Below are positions 25,822 to 35,004 of a DNA stretch of 41,693 nt, in pieces. A model generated the notes under the pieces. That model was given only the letters and a program-made list of their open reading frames with translations. It ran no database searches and was not told the origin of the DNA. Made by a program: the position numbers and the translations under genes. This DNA comes from Patescibacteria group bacterium (GTDB lineage Bacteria > Patescibacteriota > Patescibacteriia > UBA10025 > JAHIVO01). The stretch covers positions 1 to 41,693 of the forward strand of contig JBAZKE010000001.1 in NCBI GenBank assembly GCA_041650915.1, given 5' to 3'. Position 1 is the stretch's first letter. Each line of letters begins with the position of its first letter.

Positions 25822-25825
25822 AATG

Positions 25826-25854
25826 TTGACATAGCTTTACTGCCGCCATACAAT
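25826..25854 (+). promoter_or_regulatory. Consensus promoter for the aminotransferase (TTGACA-17-TACAAT)
   Basis: aatgTTGACAtagctttactgccgccaTACAATggag. Confidence 0.8.
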
Positions 25855-25924
25855 GGAGTGACGGCTTAAAAATAAAGGAAAAAGAGAAGCCAATACAGTA
25901 CCTTACAATTGGAAGGAATTTTCG

Positions 25925-27124
25925 ATGAAAACCGATGCCAGCCGTTTTATTTCGCCTCAGATGCACGTTGTCACTGGTGAGGACGCTTTTGCCTACTTGG
26001 CACGGGCTCAAGAGCACGAGCGGCATACGGGGCGTCCGGTCATTTACCTGACCGTCGGCCAGCCGAATTTCGATCCGCACGAGGAGATTATCCAGCAGTG
26101 CGTAGACTCACTGCGCGCTCCAGGGGGAAATGGCTATACCGTTTCTCGGGGGATACCGCAGCTTCTCGAAGCTGCGGCACGGTACATGAGCCAAACACGG
26201 GGAATCGACGTATCATCCGATTCGATTGTCGTTGGTATGGGGAGTAAGATGGTTACCAAAATCCTCCTCACAATGACCGTTCGGCCGGGTGATGAAGTAG
26301 TGTACCAGGAGCCCGGATATCGAATGTATCTGACTCCCATTCGGCTCTGCGGGGGTACACCGGTGCCGGTACCGGTACGGGAAGAGAATGGTTTCGTGAT
26401 TGATACGGATGAGCTCAGATCATTCGTCACAGATCGGACGAGAGTTCTCATCCTCAATTACCCAAGCAATCCCACCGGCGGCGTCGCGGATCGGCGAAGG
26501 CTCGAGGAAATTTTTTCCATCGCCGAGGAGCATGACTTGTTTATCCTATCCGACGAAGTGTATTCGCAAATCGTGTACGAGCAACCGTTTGAGAGTATCG
26601 GTTCGTTGCCGGGCGCGCTCGAGCGAGTCGCTATCATTGAGAGCGGGTCAAAGGGCCATGCGATGACCGGCTGGCGCGTCGGATGTGCAGTCGTCCCGCC
26701 AGTGTTCGTGGAGCCTTATACCCGTTTGTTTGAGAACGACTGCACTTGTCTGCCGATGTTCGTACAACGGGGAGCGGCGCACGCGTTCCGTGATTCCGAC
26801 GGCACCTTCGGGCGTTGGATAGCCAGCATGGTTGAGGACTACCGTACGCGGCGTCAGGCGCTGGTCGACGGCATCAATGCCATTTCCGGACTTTCGTGCC
26901 ACAAACCCGGCGGCGCGTTCTATGCATTCGCCAATGTGGCGAAAACCGGCTTGTCGTCCGAAATGTTCGCAAACCGGTTGCTCAATGAAACCGACGTGGC
27001 GGTCCTGCCCGGTACGGCATTTGGCCAGTACGGTGAGGGGTTTATCAGGCTTTCGTTTGCCAATTCCCTGGCAAATTTGCGGGAGGCGCTGCAGAGAATC
27101 GATTCTTTTGTTTCGTCTCTCTGA
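25925..27124 (+). CDS. Pyridoxal-phosphate-dependent aminotransferase, class I/II (aspartate aminotransferase-like)
   Basis: NYPSNPTG, SDEVYSQIVY, and the PLP-lysine block SGSKGHAMTGWRVG. 399 aa. Confidence 0.9.
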   Translation: MKTDASRFISPQMHVVTGEDAFAYLARAQEHERHTGRPVIYLTVGQPNFDPHEEIIQQCVDSLRAPGGNGYTVSRGIPQLLEAAARYMSQTRGIDVSSDSIVVGMGSKMVTKILLTMTVRPGDEVVYQEPGYRMYLTPIRLCGGTPVPVPVREENGFVIDTDELRSFVTDRTRVLILNYPSNPTGGVADRRRLEEIFSIAEEHDLFILSDEVYSQIVYEQPFESIGSLPGALERVAIIESGSKGHAMTGWRVGCAVVPPVFVEPYTRLFENDCTCLPMFVQRGAAHAFRDSDGTFGRWIASMVEDYRTRRQALVDGINAISGLSCHKPGGAFYAFANVAKTGLSSEMFANRLLNETDVAVLPGTAFGQYGEGFIRLSFANSLANLREALQRIDSFVSSL

Positions 27125-27157
27125 TGCGGCACCCTTGTACATACATTCACTTCATTC

Positions 27158-27187
27158 CGGTCCCCCCTTACGGTGGGACCGTTTTTT
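27158..27187 (+). terminator. Intrinsic terminator of the aminotransferase
   Basis: CGGTCCC-(10)-GGGACCG followed by TTTTTT. Confidence 0.85.
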
Positions 27188-27192
27188 ATATT

Positions 27193-27554
27193 AAAAAACC
27201 TCTGCCAAAGAGGTTTTTGTCCTTGCGGTCACCTGCAACGCATCATATGTTTGCGTCAGATCGTTTTTAACCGATCTTTTACACAGATTCCTACGAACCA
27301 AAAACGTTTGGCAGAGGGAAATGATCCTCCAGCGACCCGCAGGCGCCGGATGATCCGCCATGGATTGTCCCGGACGAAGAAAATCCAGAACAATCCCAAA
27401 GAAAACCGCCCGACCCGGAAAGCCGAGTCAGACAGAAGAAAGTAGCGCGAGGCGCTACCCCGAAAGCGCAGCCCGCCGGTTACAGCTGAGCTGCTGCCCC
27501 CACCCGCCATTGAGGCGGGGGAATCGATATTCAAAGAACCTGCCGACACTATGT
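27193..27554 (-). ncRNA. Candidate ~360-nt non-coding (or unusual small-protein) transcript in a 467-nt convergent intergenic gap
   Basis: Bounded by the promoter at 27561-27588 and the hairpin ACCTCT-ttggc-AGAGGT + TTTTTT (minus strand, 27193-27214). Multiple GC-rich hairpins, for example GTAGCGC/GCGCTAC at 27442-27458, CCCGCC/GGCGGG at 27503-27519, GACTCGG/CCGGGTC, GGATTGT/ACAATCC. The only ORF (97 codons, GTG start, no SD) is G/S/R/F-rich and unconvincing. Confidence 0.5.
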
Positions 27555-27560
27555 CGTGTC

Positions 27561-27588
27561 AGTATAGGGCAGTATCGGGATACGTCAA
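27561..27588 (-). promoter_or_regulatory. Promoter TTGACG-16-TATACT starting 4 nt after the uvrB stop codon
   Basis: Reverse complement is gctaTTGACGtatcccgatactgcccTATACTgacacg. Confidence 0.7.
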
Positions 27589-27591
27589 TAG

Positions 27592-29574
27592 CTACCTTTT
27601 CTTTTTTGTAGTTTTCTGCAGGAGCGCCAATTGGTCACGCAGCTGTGCTGCACGTTCAAACTCAAGATTTTTTGCAGCGATTTCCATTTTAAGTTCAAGA
27701 TCGTCAATCAAATGCGGAATTTCTTCTCGCGGGATGTCCTTAAACGGGAGTTGCGGCTCTTCCTCCTTTGCCTTCTGTTTCGCCCCGGCGAGGCGGGATT
27801 CCTGAATAGCCTTTTTGATTGACTGCGGAGTGATGCCGTGTTTACAATTGTACGTTTCCTGGGTTGTACGGCGGCGGTTGGTCTCGTCGATGGCGCGCTG
27901 CATTGATCCGGTCACCTTATCGGCGTACATGATGATATGCCCCTCGATATGCCGGGCGGCCCTGCCCATGGTTTGGATCAGCGCAGTCTCCGACCGGAGG
28001 TACCCTTCCTTATCGGCATCGAGGATGGCAATGAGGGATACCTCAGGCAGGTCGAGCCCCTCGCGGAGCAGGTTAATGCCGATGAGCACGTCATACGTGC
28101 CGAGCCTGAGATCGCGCAGTATCTCGAGCCGGTCAAGCGTATCGACCTCCGAGTGCAGGTATTGCACCTTGATATCGAGCTCCCTGAGGTACTCGGTCAG
28201 GTCTTCCGCGAGGCGTTTCGTGAGGGTCGTGACGAGCACGCGCTGCTTTTTTGCGGTCCGTTGTCTGATTTCCCCGATGAGATTGTCAATCTGGTTTTCC
28301 GTTTCACGCACTTCGATCGTCGGGTCGAGCAGCCCGGTCGGGCGGATGAGCTGTTCCACGATCTGGCTAGACAGTTCCCGCTCGTAGTCCGTCGGCGTCG
28401 CGGAAACGTAGATTGCCTTGTTGATTTTCTTGCCAAACTCCTCATACGTGAGCGGCCTGTTATCGAGCGCTGACGGCAGGCGGAACCCGAAGTTGACGAG
28501 CGTTTCCTTGCGCGAACGGTCGCCGAAGTACATCCCGCGGATCTGCGGTACGGTCATGTGCGATTCGTCAATGAAGAGCAGGTAGTCCTCCGGGAAAAAG
28601 TCGATGAGCGTGTACGGCGGCTCCCCGGGTTTCCGGTCGTCGAAGTACCGCGAGTAGTTTTCGATGCCGTTGCAGTATCCGACGTTCTTGATCATCTCGA
28701 GATCATACCGCGTCCGCTGCTCAAGCCGCTGCGCTTCGACGAGCTTGTTTGCCCTTTTCAGCAGCTCGAGCTGCTTGTCGAGGTCAGTTGCGATGTTTCC
28801 GATCGCCCGCTTCATGGTTTCGTCCGGGGCGAGGTAGTGCCGGGCCGGGTAGATGTCAGCCGTTCTGAGTTCGGCGATGACATTCCGCGTGAGCGAATCG
28901 ATCTCCGTGATTTTTTCAACCGTATCGCCGTGGAACTGGATGCGGTAGTAGTTGTTTTCTGAATTGGAGGGGAACACCTCGAGCACTTCGCCGGAAACAC
29001 GGAAGCGGTTGCGCCACAGGTCGGTTTGGTTTCTCTTGTAGTGGATGTTGACGAGCGCGTGCAGAATGATATCGCGGTTTTCTGTCCGTCCTTTCGTAAT
29101 CGTCAGCACGTCGCGCTTGTACTCAGTCGGAGAGCCGAGCCCGTAGATGCATGAGACCGACGCGACGATGAGCACGTCATCGCGCGAGAGCAGCGCCTGT
29201 GTTGACGCGTGGCGCAGGCGGTCAATTTCTTCGTTGAGCTTGGTCTCCTTTTCGATGTAGGTGTCCGAGGTCGGGATGTACGCTTCCGGCTGGTAGTAGT
29301 CGTAGTACGATACGAAGTAATGGATCGCGTTCTCCGGGAAAAACGACTGGAATTCAGACGCGAGCTGCGCGGCGAGCGTCTTGTTGTGCGAGATGACGAG
29401 CGTCGGCTTTTGCAGCCGCTGCACGACGTTCGCCATGGTGAACGTCTTGCCCGAGCCGGTGACGCCCAAAAGCGTCTGGTGTCGGTAGTTTTTTTTGAGG
29501 CCCGAAACGAGCTGCTCGATCGCGCGCGGTTGGTCGCCGGTTGGTTTAAATGTGGATTGGAGCTTGAATTTCAT
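27592..29574 (-). CDS. uvrB: Excinuclease ABC subunit B
   Basis: [22 protein letters not shown]..., Walker [10 protein letters not shown], helicase motifs (DESH, ...), C-terminal UVR domain [12 protein letters not shown]. Start at ATG 29574; the tracked 845-aa ORF has a spurious 5' extension. Confidence 0.96.
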   Translation of the reverse strand: MKFKLQSTFKPTGDQPRAIEQLVSGLKKNYRHQTLLGVTGSGKTFTMANVVQRLQKPTLVISHNKTLAAQLASEFQSFFPENAIHYFVSYYDYYQPEAYIPTSDTYIEKETKLNEEIDRLRHASTQALLSRDDVLIVASVSCIYGLGSPTEYKRDVLTITKGRTENRDIILHALVNIHYKRNQTDLWRNRFRVSGEVLEVFPSNSENNYYRIQFHGDTVEKITEIDSLTRNVIAELRTADIYPARHYLAPDETMKRAIGNIATDLDKQLELLKRANKLVEAQRLEQRTRYDLEMIKNVGYCNGIENYSRYFDDRKPGEPPYTLIDFFPEDYLLFIDESHMTVPQIRGMYFGDRSRKETLVNFGFRLPSALDNRPLTYEEFGKKINKAIYVSATPTDYERELSSQIVEQLIRPTGLLDPTIEVRETENQIDNLIGEIRQRTAKKQRVLVTTLTKRLAEDLTEYLRELDIKVQYLHSEVDTLDRLEILRDLRLGTYDVLIGINLLREGLDLPEVSLIAILDADKEGYLRSETALIQTMGRAARHIEGHIIMYADKVTGSMQRAIDETNRRRTTQETYNCKHGITPQSIKKAIQESRLAGAKQKAKEEEPQLPFKDIPREEIPHLIDDLELKMEIAAKNLEFERAAQLRDQLALLQKTTKKKR

Positions 29575-29643
29575 GATTTTCTCATTCCGTGCTATTCTTT
29601 TTATATATCGTGCAAGCGTATTCTCTATTGTAAAGCAATTTTT

Positions 29644-30159
29644 ATGGCAGAACAAACTACCTCTCCCAAGCCGCGGGCGGCCAAGCGCACACTTTCTCAG
29701 ATAACCGTAACGCTCCGGGCGAATCCGGTGCTGCTTTCTGTCTGGGTGCTCTTGCTCCTCTGGATCCTCGCGAGCGTCGTAATGACCTTCATTGACCTCG
29801 GGGCGCTCATCCAGGCAGAGCGGGATGCCGGAACCGACGCGCAGGTCATCATCGGCGGCGTGGTGCTCTCGGTCAGCATCATGCTCGTTTTGACGGGAGC
29901 CGCCTTTCTCGGCGTCCTTTTTTTGAAGCGCTGGGCCAGGATTCTCTTCGGCGCTTATGTCATTATCGCTATTGTGATCTTCAATATTGGCTCGATCATT
30001 GCGGGCATCGTGCAGCTTGCTTTCTACCTCTACCTGTACGGAGGATACGAGAAGGCGCTCGCAAGACCTCCAATCCAAAAAAAGGAGCCTGTGCTTGCAC
30101 CGGCAAGCCGTGAGAAGGGGCCGGTTCAAAAGAGAGCAGGGAAACCGAAAAAGCGGTAG
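29644..30159 (+). CDS. Hypothetical integral membrane protein (about 4 TM helices)
   Basis: 171 aa starting at ATG 29644 ([11 protein letters not shown]...), with four hydrophobic helices and a basic C-terminal tail. Divergent from uvrB. Confidence 0.65.
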   Translation: MAEQTTSPKPRAAKRTLSQITVTLRANPVLLSVWVLLLLWILASVVMTFIDLGALIQAERDAGTDAQVIIGGVVLSVSIMLVLTGAAFLGVLFLKRWARILFGAYVIIAIVIFNIGSIIAGIVQLAFYLYLYGGYEKALARPPIQKKEPVLAPASREKGPVQKRAGKPKKR

Positions 30160-30165
30160 GGTATT

Positions 30166-31647
30166 CTAGGGGCGTTTTGTTTTTTTTATGAGCGTGCGGA
30201 GCCGGCGCGCGTGCTGTGGCGCCAGCTGTTTTGTCCCGAACCGCCAGCTCCAGTTGCCGGTGGTGGTCGACGGAGCGTTCATTCTCGCTTCGCTCCCGAG
30301 GTTGAGCACATCTTGAAGGGGGGTAATGACCGTATTGGCGCGGGACCGCATTGCCACCTCGATGAGCTTGAGTGCGAATGTTTTTTTCGTGGCTTTCGTA
30401 TATTTCAGCGCGCGCCGTACGTGTGCGGGCTGCCCTGTTTTTTCAGCCCATCCCCGCGAGGTATTGTTATCGTGGGTTCCGGTGTACACCACGCAGTGTT
30501 TTGGATAGCTCTCGGGCAGGTGGAAATTATTTTTTGATCCGTCGAATGCGAAGCACAGCACCCGCATGCCGGGAAAGCGCAGCCCGTTGCGGAAATCCAC
30601 GACGTCCTGGGTGATCGTGCCGAGGTCTTCTGCGATGACGGGCAGGGAGCGGAGAGACCGCCTGAGTTCAGAAAAGAGCTTTTCACCCGGAACGTGCACC
30701 CAGCGGCCGTCCTTCGGCCTGCGGCTCTCGAACGGTATGTACCAGAGGGACTTGTACCCACGGAAGTGGTCGAGCCTCGTGATGTCATAGAGCTCGAAAG
30801 CCTTTTTCATGCGCCGCACCCACCATCGAAACCGCGTTTTTTCCATCGCTCTCCAGTCGTAGTGCGGATCACCCCAGAATTGCCCCGCTGCGCTGAAGCA
30901 GTCGGGCGGCGCACCGGACACGTCCCGGGGCATGTTGCCGCGGCCGATGCTGAAGAGCCGCTTGTTCGTCCACACGTCGGCGCTGTCGTGCGCGATGAAG
31001 AACGGAACGTCCCCGAAAATGCGGACGCCGTTTTGATGCGCGTATCGCTTCAGCCTTTTCCACTGTACCGAAAAAAGCCACTGTGGGTACTCGTGGAACA
31101 TTATTTCATGCCTGAGCTTGCGGTTCCACGCGGCGAGCGTTTTCGCACTTCGGTTTGCAAGCGGCTGCGGCCACTCGAACCACGGCTTCCCGTGAAAGAA
31201 GTACCTGAGTGCCTTGTACTGGGCAAACGCCGTGAGCCAGTGCGCTTCGCGCTTTTGGAATGATTCAAAGCTCCTGCGCTGTGCAGCGGTTGCGTTGAGC
31301 GCGAAGAAGCTGAATGATTTCAGCAGGAGCTTGAGGCGTTCCCGCCGTACGGTGGGGTAGTGGACCGGCCCTACGGGCTGCTTTTTCGGGAGGTCTTTGC
31401 GGTCGAGCAGGCGGTCCTGCACGAGCAGATCGGGGCTTACGAGCATCCAATTTCCCGCCATGGAGGACGACGATGCGTACGGCGAACCGTGCGAGTCGGG
31501 TATGGTGAGGGGCAGCACCTCCCAGAGCTTCTGTCCGCTCGCATGCAAGAACTCAACGAACCGGTACGCCTCGGGCCCCAGGTCCCCGATGCCGTACGGG
31601 CTCGGCAGCGATGTCGGATGCAGGAGGATTCCTGACTGTCTTTTCAT
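30166..31647 (-). CDS. malQ: 4-alpha-glucanotransferase (amylomaltase, GH77)
   Basis: N-terminus RQSGILLHPTSLPSPYGIGDLGPEAYRFVEFL...QKLWEVLPL. RLDHFRG, EDLG and GTHDN blocks. Confidence 0.93.
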   Translation of the reverse strand: MKRQSGILLHPTSLPSPYGIGDLGPEAYRFVEFLHASGQKLWEVLPLTIPDSHGSPYASSSSMAGNWMLVSPDLLVQDRLLDRKDLPKKQPVGPVHYPTVRRERLKLLLKSFSFFALNATAAQRRSFESFQKREAHWLTAFAQYKALRYFFHGKPWFEWPQPLANRSAKTLAAWNRKLRHEIMFHEYPQWLFSVQWKRLKRYAHQNGVRIFGDVPFFIAHDSADVWTNKRLFSIGRGNMPRDVSGAPPDCFSAAGQFWGDPHYDWRAMEKTRFRWWVRRMKKAFELYDITRLDHFRGYKSLWYIPFESRRPKDGRWVHVPGEKLFSELRRSLRSLPVIAEDLGTITQDVVDFRNGLRFPGMRVLCFAFDGSKNNFHLPESYPKHCVVYTGTHDNNTSRGWAEKTGQPAHVRRALKYTKATKKTFALKLIEVAMRSRANTVITPLQDVLNLGSEARMNAPSTTTGNWSWRFGTKQLAPQHARRLRTLIKKTKRP

Positions 31648-31739
31648 GGGATTATCGTACCACGGATGGGCGCTTGACGGTAGCGGAGAGGGTGGTAGGG
31701 TTGCAGTAGATGTGCGTTTGTTGCCGGAGGAATGGTCAC

Positions 31740-31985
31740 ATGGTTCCCTTATTCAAGCGGGAAAAAAAGACCTTTGTGATCCGAATATACGAGATCAATC
31801 CGTTCGATCCGTCCCGCTCTATTTGCTCATCCTTTGAGAGGATTGTCGTGACGTATAAAAAGAGGGATGCGCTGTACACTGCACGCGCCGTTGTTGCGCT
31901 GCACAATAAAAAGCGGGATTACGCTGACGACGGCTGGTGCGAGTGGCTCGTCGGAGAGATTCGGGTCAAAGGAAAAGGAAAATAA
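31740..31985 (+). CDS. Small hypothetical protein (81 aa)
   Basis: GGAGGAA 8 nt upstream of ATG 31740. The stop codon is embedded in a strong terminator. No recognisable motif. Confidence 0.6.
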   Translation: MVPLFKREKKTFVIRIYEINPFDPSRSICSSFERIVVTYKKRDALYTARAVVALHNKKRDYADDGWCEWLVGEIRVKGKGK

Positions 31986-32015
31986 CCGCTCTTGTACTGT
32001 TGAGGGCGGTTTTTT
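31984..32015 (+). terminator. Intrinsic terminator of the small ORF
   Basis: AACCGCTC-(12)-GGGCGGTT followed by TTTTTC. Confidence 0.8.
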
Positions 32016-32142
32016 CTCATTCCATTTTTGGCTGCCCTTGACACAACCCCAAAAAGTATTAGTATAAATCCCAATAATTCGATGTGATCGAATTATTTCT
32101 ATATTTTCGAAGAATAATTAAGAATAAATAATAAAAAAACTC

Positions 32143-33723
32143 ATGGATCCAGAAGAACTCGCGCACCTCGTGCTCCAGCTAGCGGTACTGCTGCTGGCAG
32201 CAAAGCTTATCGGTCTCGTTTTTAAAAAATTCAAGCAGTCGGAAGTGCTCGGCGAGCTAATCGGCGGTATGGCCGTTGGCCCGTTTGCGCTCGGTGCCGT
32301 CAAGCTCCCGTGGATAGGGCAGCTGTTTCCGGCGATTGAACAGGTTGGTGAGCACGCATCGACGCTTCCGATTTCGAATGAGCTGTATTTTTTTGGGCAG
32401 ATTGGCGCGATCATTTTGCTCTTCCTCGTTGGCCTTGAGACTGATGCGAAAATGTTTATGAAGTACGGCCTCAAATCGCTCGGCATCGCGATCGGCGGCG
32501 TTGTGGTTCCGTTTTTCCTCGGCGCGTGGGGCACAATCATGTTCGGTTTTGCCGATAGCATTATGGACACGTCAGCGCTCTTCATGGGCGCGATCATGGT
32601 CGCAACCTCGGTCGGCATTACTGCCCGCGTGCTGTCTGATATGTACAAGCTGGATACCCAAGAGGGCGTTTCAATCCTCGCTGCGGCGGTGATTGACGAC
32701 GTACTCGGCATTTTAGTTCTCGCTTTCGTGCTCTCGATCGCGGGCGGCGGCGAGAGTGCAGGAACCGGCATCTCGTGGGGTGAGCTCGGCACGATTGGCC
32801 TCAAGGCGCTCGGATTTCTCGGTGGCGTTTCGCTGCTCGGGTTTTTCTTTAGTAAGAAGCTGTCGGCGCTCCTCCTGAAGCTCGATGGCAAGTCCTACAT
32901 GGCGATTGCGGCCGCGATCTGCTTCATGATAGCAGCATTAGCTGAAATGTTCGGCCTTGCCATGATCATCGGCGCGTACCTCGTCGGAATCCTCTTGTCT
33001 GTTACAAAGATTGGCGACGAACTCGAGGAAAAGCTCGCTGGAGCGTCGCACCTTATCGTCCCTATATTCTTCGCTATCATGGGAACCCTCGTCGACTTCA
33101 AGGCGATGGGTTCGGTGCTCGCCTTCGGGCTCGTCATCTCGGCGTTCGCGATCATCGGCAAGGTGATCGGCGCAGGGATCCCTGCTTATTTTTCGGGGTT
33201 TAATTTCTTGGGATCATCGCGCATCGGCATCGGCATGCTGCCGCGCGGCGAGGTCGCGCTCATCGTTGCGGGCATCGGCCTGTCAGCTGGCATTATCAGC
33301 AGCGAGATTTTTGGCGTATCGATCATGATGACCGTCATCACGACACTCATGGCGCCCATCATCCTCGTGCCGCTGTTTAAGAATCCGAAACCGGGGCTAA
33401 AGCATGCCCCGGAGGTTGTCCCGGTGGAGATCATTGAGCCGTATAAGACGCTCAGGCAATCACCTCATATGCTTACTGCAATACGCGACTACCTCGTCGA
33501 GGCGTTTACCGGATCGGGCTACGTAGTGCTCCAGGATGATAGGCTGCGCGGCATCGTTGAGATCAAACACGCCGATAACGAGAGCAAGCTCCTGACGATC
33601 AAGCAAGCAAAAGGGGAAATGACGATTGATTGCAGCGGCGAGGCCAGTACGGACGTTGACACGGTGGTCAGTCAAGCACTCGCACATTTTGAGCAGGCGG
33701 TCGCTGATCTCAAGTCTGCGTAG
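32143..33723 (+). CDS. Cation:proton antiporter (CPA2, Kef/NapA-like) with a ~110-aa C-terminal cytoplasmic domain of unknown type
   Basis: Na+/H+ exchanger-family N-terminus (LLLAAKLIGLVFKKFKQSEVLGELIGGMAVGP). 12-13 TM helices. The C-terminal soluble part has no GxGxxG. Confidence 0.85.
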   Translation: MDPEELAHLVLQLAVLLLAAKLIGLVFKKFKQSEVLGELIGGMAVGPFALGAVKLPWIGQLFPAIEQVGEHASTLPISNELYFFGQIGAIILLFLVGLETDAKMFMKYGLKSLGIAIGGVVVPFFLGAWGTIMFGFADSIMDTSALFMGAIMVATSVGITARVLSDMYKLDTQEGVSILAAAVIDDVLGILVLAFVLSIAGGGESAGTGISWGELGTIGLKALGFLGGVSLLGFFFSKKLSALLLKLDGKSYMAIAAAICFMIAALAEMFGLAMIIGAYLVGILLSVTKIGDELEEKLAGASHLIVPIFFAIMGTLVDFKAMGSVLAFGLVISAFAIIGKVIGAGIPAYFSGFNFLGSSRIGIGMLPRGEVALIVAGIGLSAGIISSEIFGVSIMMTVITTLMAPIILVPLFKNPKPGLKHAPEVVPVEIIEPYKTLRQSPHMLTAIRDYLVEAFTGSGYVVLQDDRLRGIVEIKHADNESKLLTIKQAKGEMTIDCSGEASTDVDTVVSQALAHFEQAVADLKSA

Positions 33724-33747
33724 GACTCCTCAATTCTGATAATATTA

Positions 33748-33781
33748 AGCCGCTCTCGTTCATCCGAGAGCGGCTTTTTTG
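33748..33781 (+). terminator. Intrinsic terminator between the convergent antiporter and 33808-35004 genes
   Basis: AGCCGCTCTCG-ttcatc-CGAGAGCGGCT followed by TTTTTTG. Confidence 0.88.
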
Positions 33782-33807
33782 CCTTGCGTTATGCCGTATG
33801 CCCGCGC

Positions 33808-35004
33808 CTACTGAAGTAGCTTGGTGAGCTTGCGCTGGAAGCGCCAGTCATTGATATAGCTCGCAAAAATGACGGTCAGCCCGGCGACGATAGATTCGGT
33901 AGAGCCGATCGCTGCCAGCACCCAGCCATTGTGCATCAGTCCGGAAAAGGCTCCGATGATTCCCATGACCGGCGAGAGGGATGAGCCGATCAGCAGACCG
34001 AGGCGGGCTGGGTTGGTAAAGTCTTGCTTAAAAGCGAGGAGGTAGAGCTCTTTGCGGCTCGAAGGCTTGATTTTTCCATCGGCCATCAGCCGTTGGACAT
34101 TTTTTCGGTACATGAAAATCGACTGGATTGCGGTGGTCAGAGAAAGCGCTACTGCCGAGAGGCCGAAGACGGTACCGGCGAGGGTCGTCCGCCCGGAGAC
34201 GAGCAATCCTTCCACTGAGAAAGCACCCCAGGTGGCGAGTGCGAAGACCGGGACCAGGATTTTTGCCCGCCGCGCCAGCTCCCTCCAGGAGAATCCGGAT
34301 CCCCGCAGGGCCATCAGCTCGGCTGATTCGCCGAGCAGGTCATCGGCCGAGGCGGCAAAGAGCTTGCCTAATCCGCTGATGTACTTTTCGAGAATGTGCG
34401 CCACAGGGCCGACTATGAAGAGCACTTTAATGATGCTCTGGGCGATTTTTGTCCTTTCGCGCGCGTTATCTGCAATAGCCCGAAACACCGCATAGTCGAC
34501 GGTAATGGGATAGATAACCTCCGAAAGTTCGGTCATCAACCTCAATTCTTTCGGTTTGATGCCGACATTTTCCTCGTCGATGAGCACCACCCGCTTGAAA
34601 CGCAAGCGGTCTCTCGAGATCGTTTGGATCGCTTCCTGGAGGTCGGCCTTGTGCCGCCGGGCGAACTCCACGTCCTGGGGAGTAATCTTTGGCAGGTGCT
34701 TATCGCGCAGCAGCTTTGGCAGCCAGGTGATGATGTAGTTGAGCTGGCTGTAGACGCTGATAGCATGGATAGCTTTCAGGATGTTTTCCGGGGTACGCAG
34801 CACGGTGCGGATGCCGATCGCCTTGCCCGAGGCGAGGATTTCCCGCACCTTGCCTTTGTAGTCTGGATTCTGCTTGAAGATGTACTGGATTTCTTTCGGC
34901 AGGTAGCGTTCCCAGTCAAGCTCTTCGGGCAGTGAGATGACGTCCAAGCGGTACGAACCGACCGGTGATTGCCGCGGTGGCCTAGTGAATAATTCGAATG
35001 ACAT
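33808..35004 (-). CDS. Hypothetical protein: ~190-aa soluble N-terminal domain plus a C-terminal multi-TM region
   Basis: 398-aa ORF with several hydrophobic helices in the C-terminal half. No recognisable motif. Own promoter with a ~108-nt leader. Confidence 0.7.
   Translation of the reverse strand: MSFELFTRPPRQSPVGSYRLDVISLPEELDWERYLPKEIQYIFKQNPDYKGKVREILASGKAIGIRTVLRTPENILKAIHAISVYSQLNYIITWLPKLLRDKHLPKITPQDVEFARRHKADLQEAIQTISRDRLRFKRVVLIDEENVGIKPKELRLMTELSEVIYPITVDYAVFRAIADNARERTKIAQSIIKVLFIVGPVAHILEKYISGLGKLFAASADDLLGESAELMALRGSGFSWRELARRAKILVPVFALATWGAFSVEGLLVSGRTTLAGTVFGLSAVALSLTTAIQSIFMYRKNVQRLMADGKIKPSSRKELYLLAFKQDFTNPARLGLLIGSSLSPVMGIIGAFSGLMHNGWVLAAIGSTESIVAGLTVIFASYINDWRFQRKLTKLLQ

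Noticed and set aside
27256-27549. 97-codon minus-strand ORF (and the plus-strand ORFs 27173-27445 and 27360-27611) in the aminotransferase-uvrB gap
   Set aside because: It has no SD, a GTG start and a G/S/R/F-rich sequence without acidic or lysine residues. The region is more simply explained as structured RNA. A leaderless small protein is not completely excluded.
27193-27554. Identification of this transcript as tmRNA, RNase P RNA, SRP RNA or 6S RNA
   Set aside because: I could not find GGAAAGUCC / ACAGAA...CGGCUUA (RNase P). There is no tRNA-like T-arm with terminal ACCA and no plausible tag ORF (tmRNA); the only GCA-GCA-GCU-CAG-CUG-UAA frame is 5 codons. There is no GGAAGCAGC around a GNRA loop (SRP). 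A covariance-model search is needed before naming it.
29575-30129. 5' extension of the tracked 845-aa uvrB ORF, and the 5' part (29209-29643) of the tracked 316-aa plus-strand ORF
   Set aside because: UvrB's conserved N-terminus begins at ATG 29574. The plus-strand membrane protein begins at ATG 29644. The extensions are mutual shadows.
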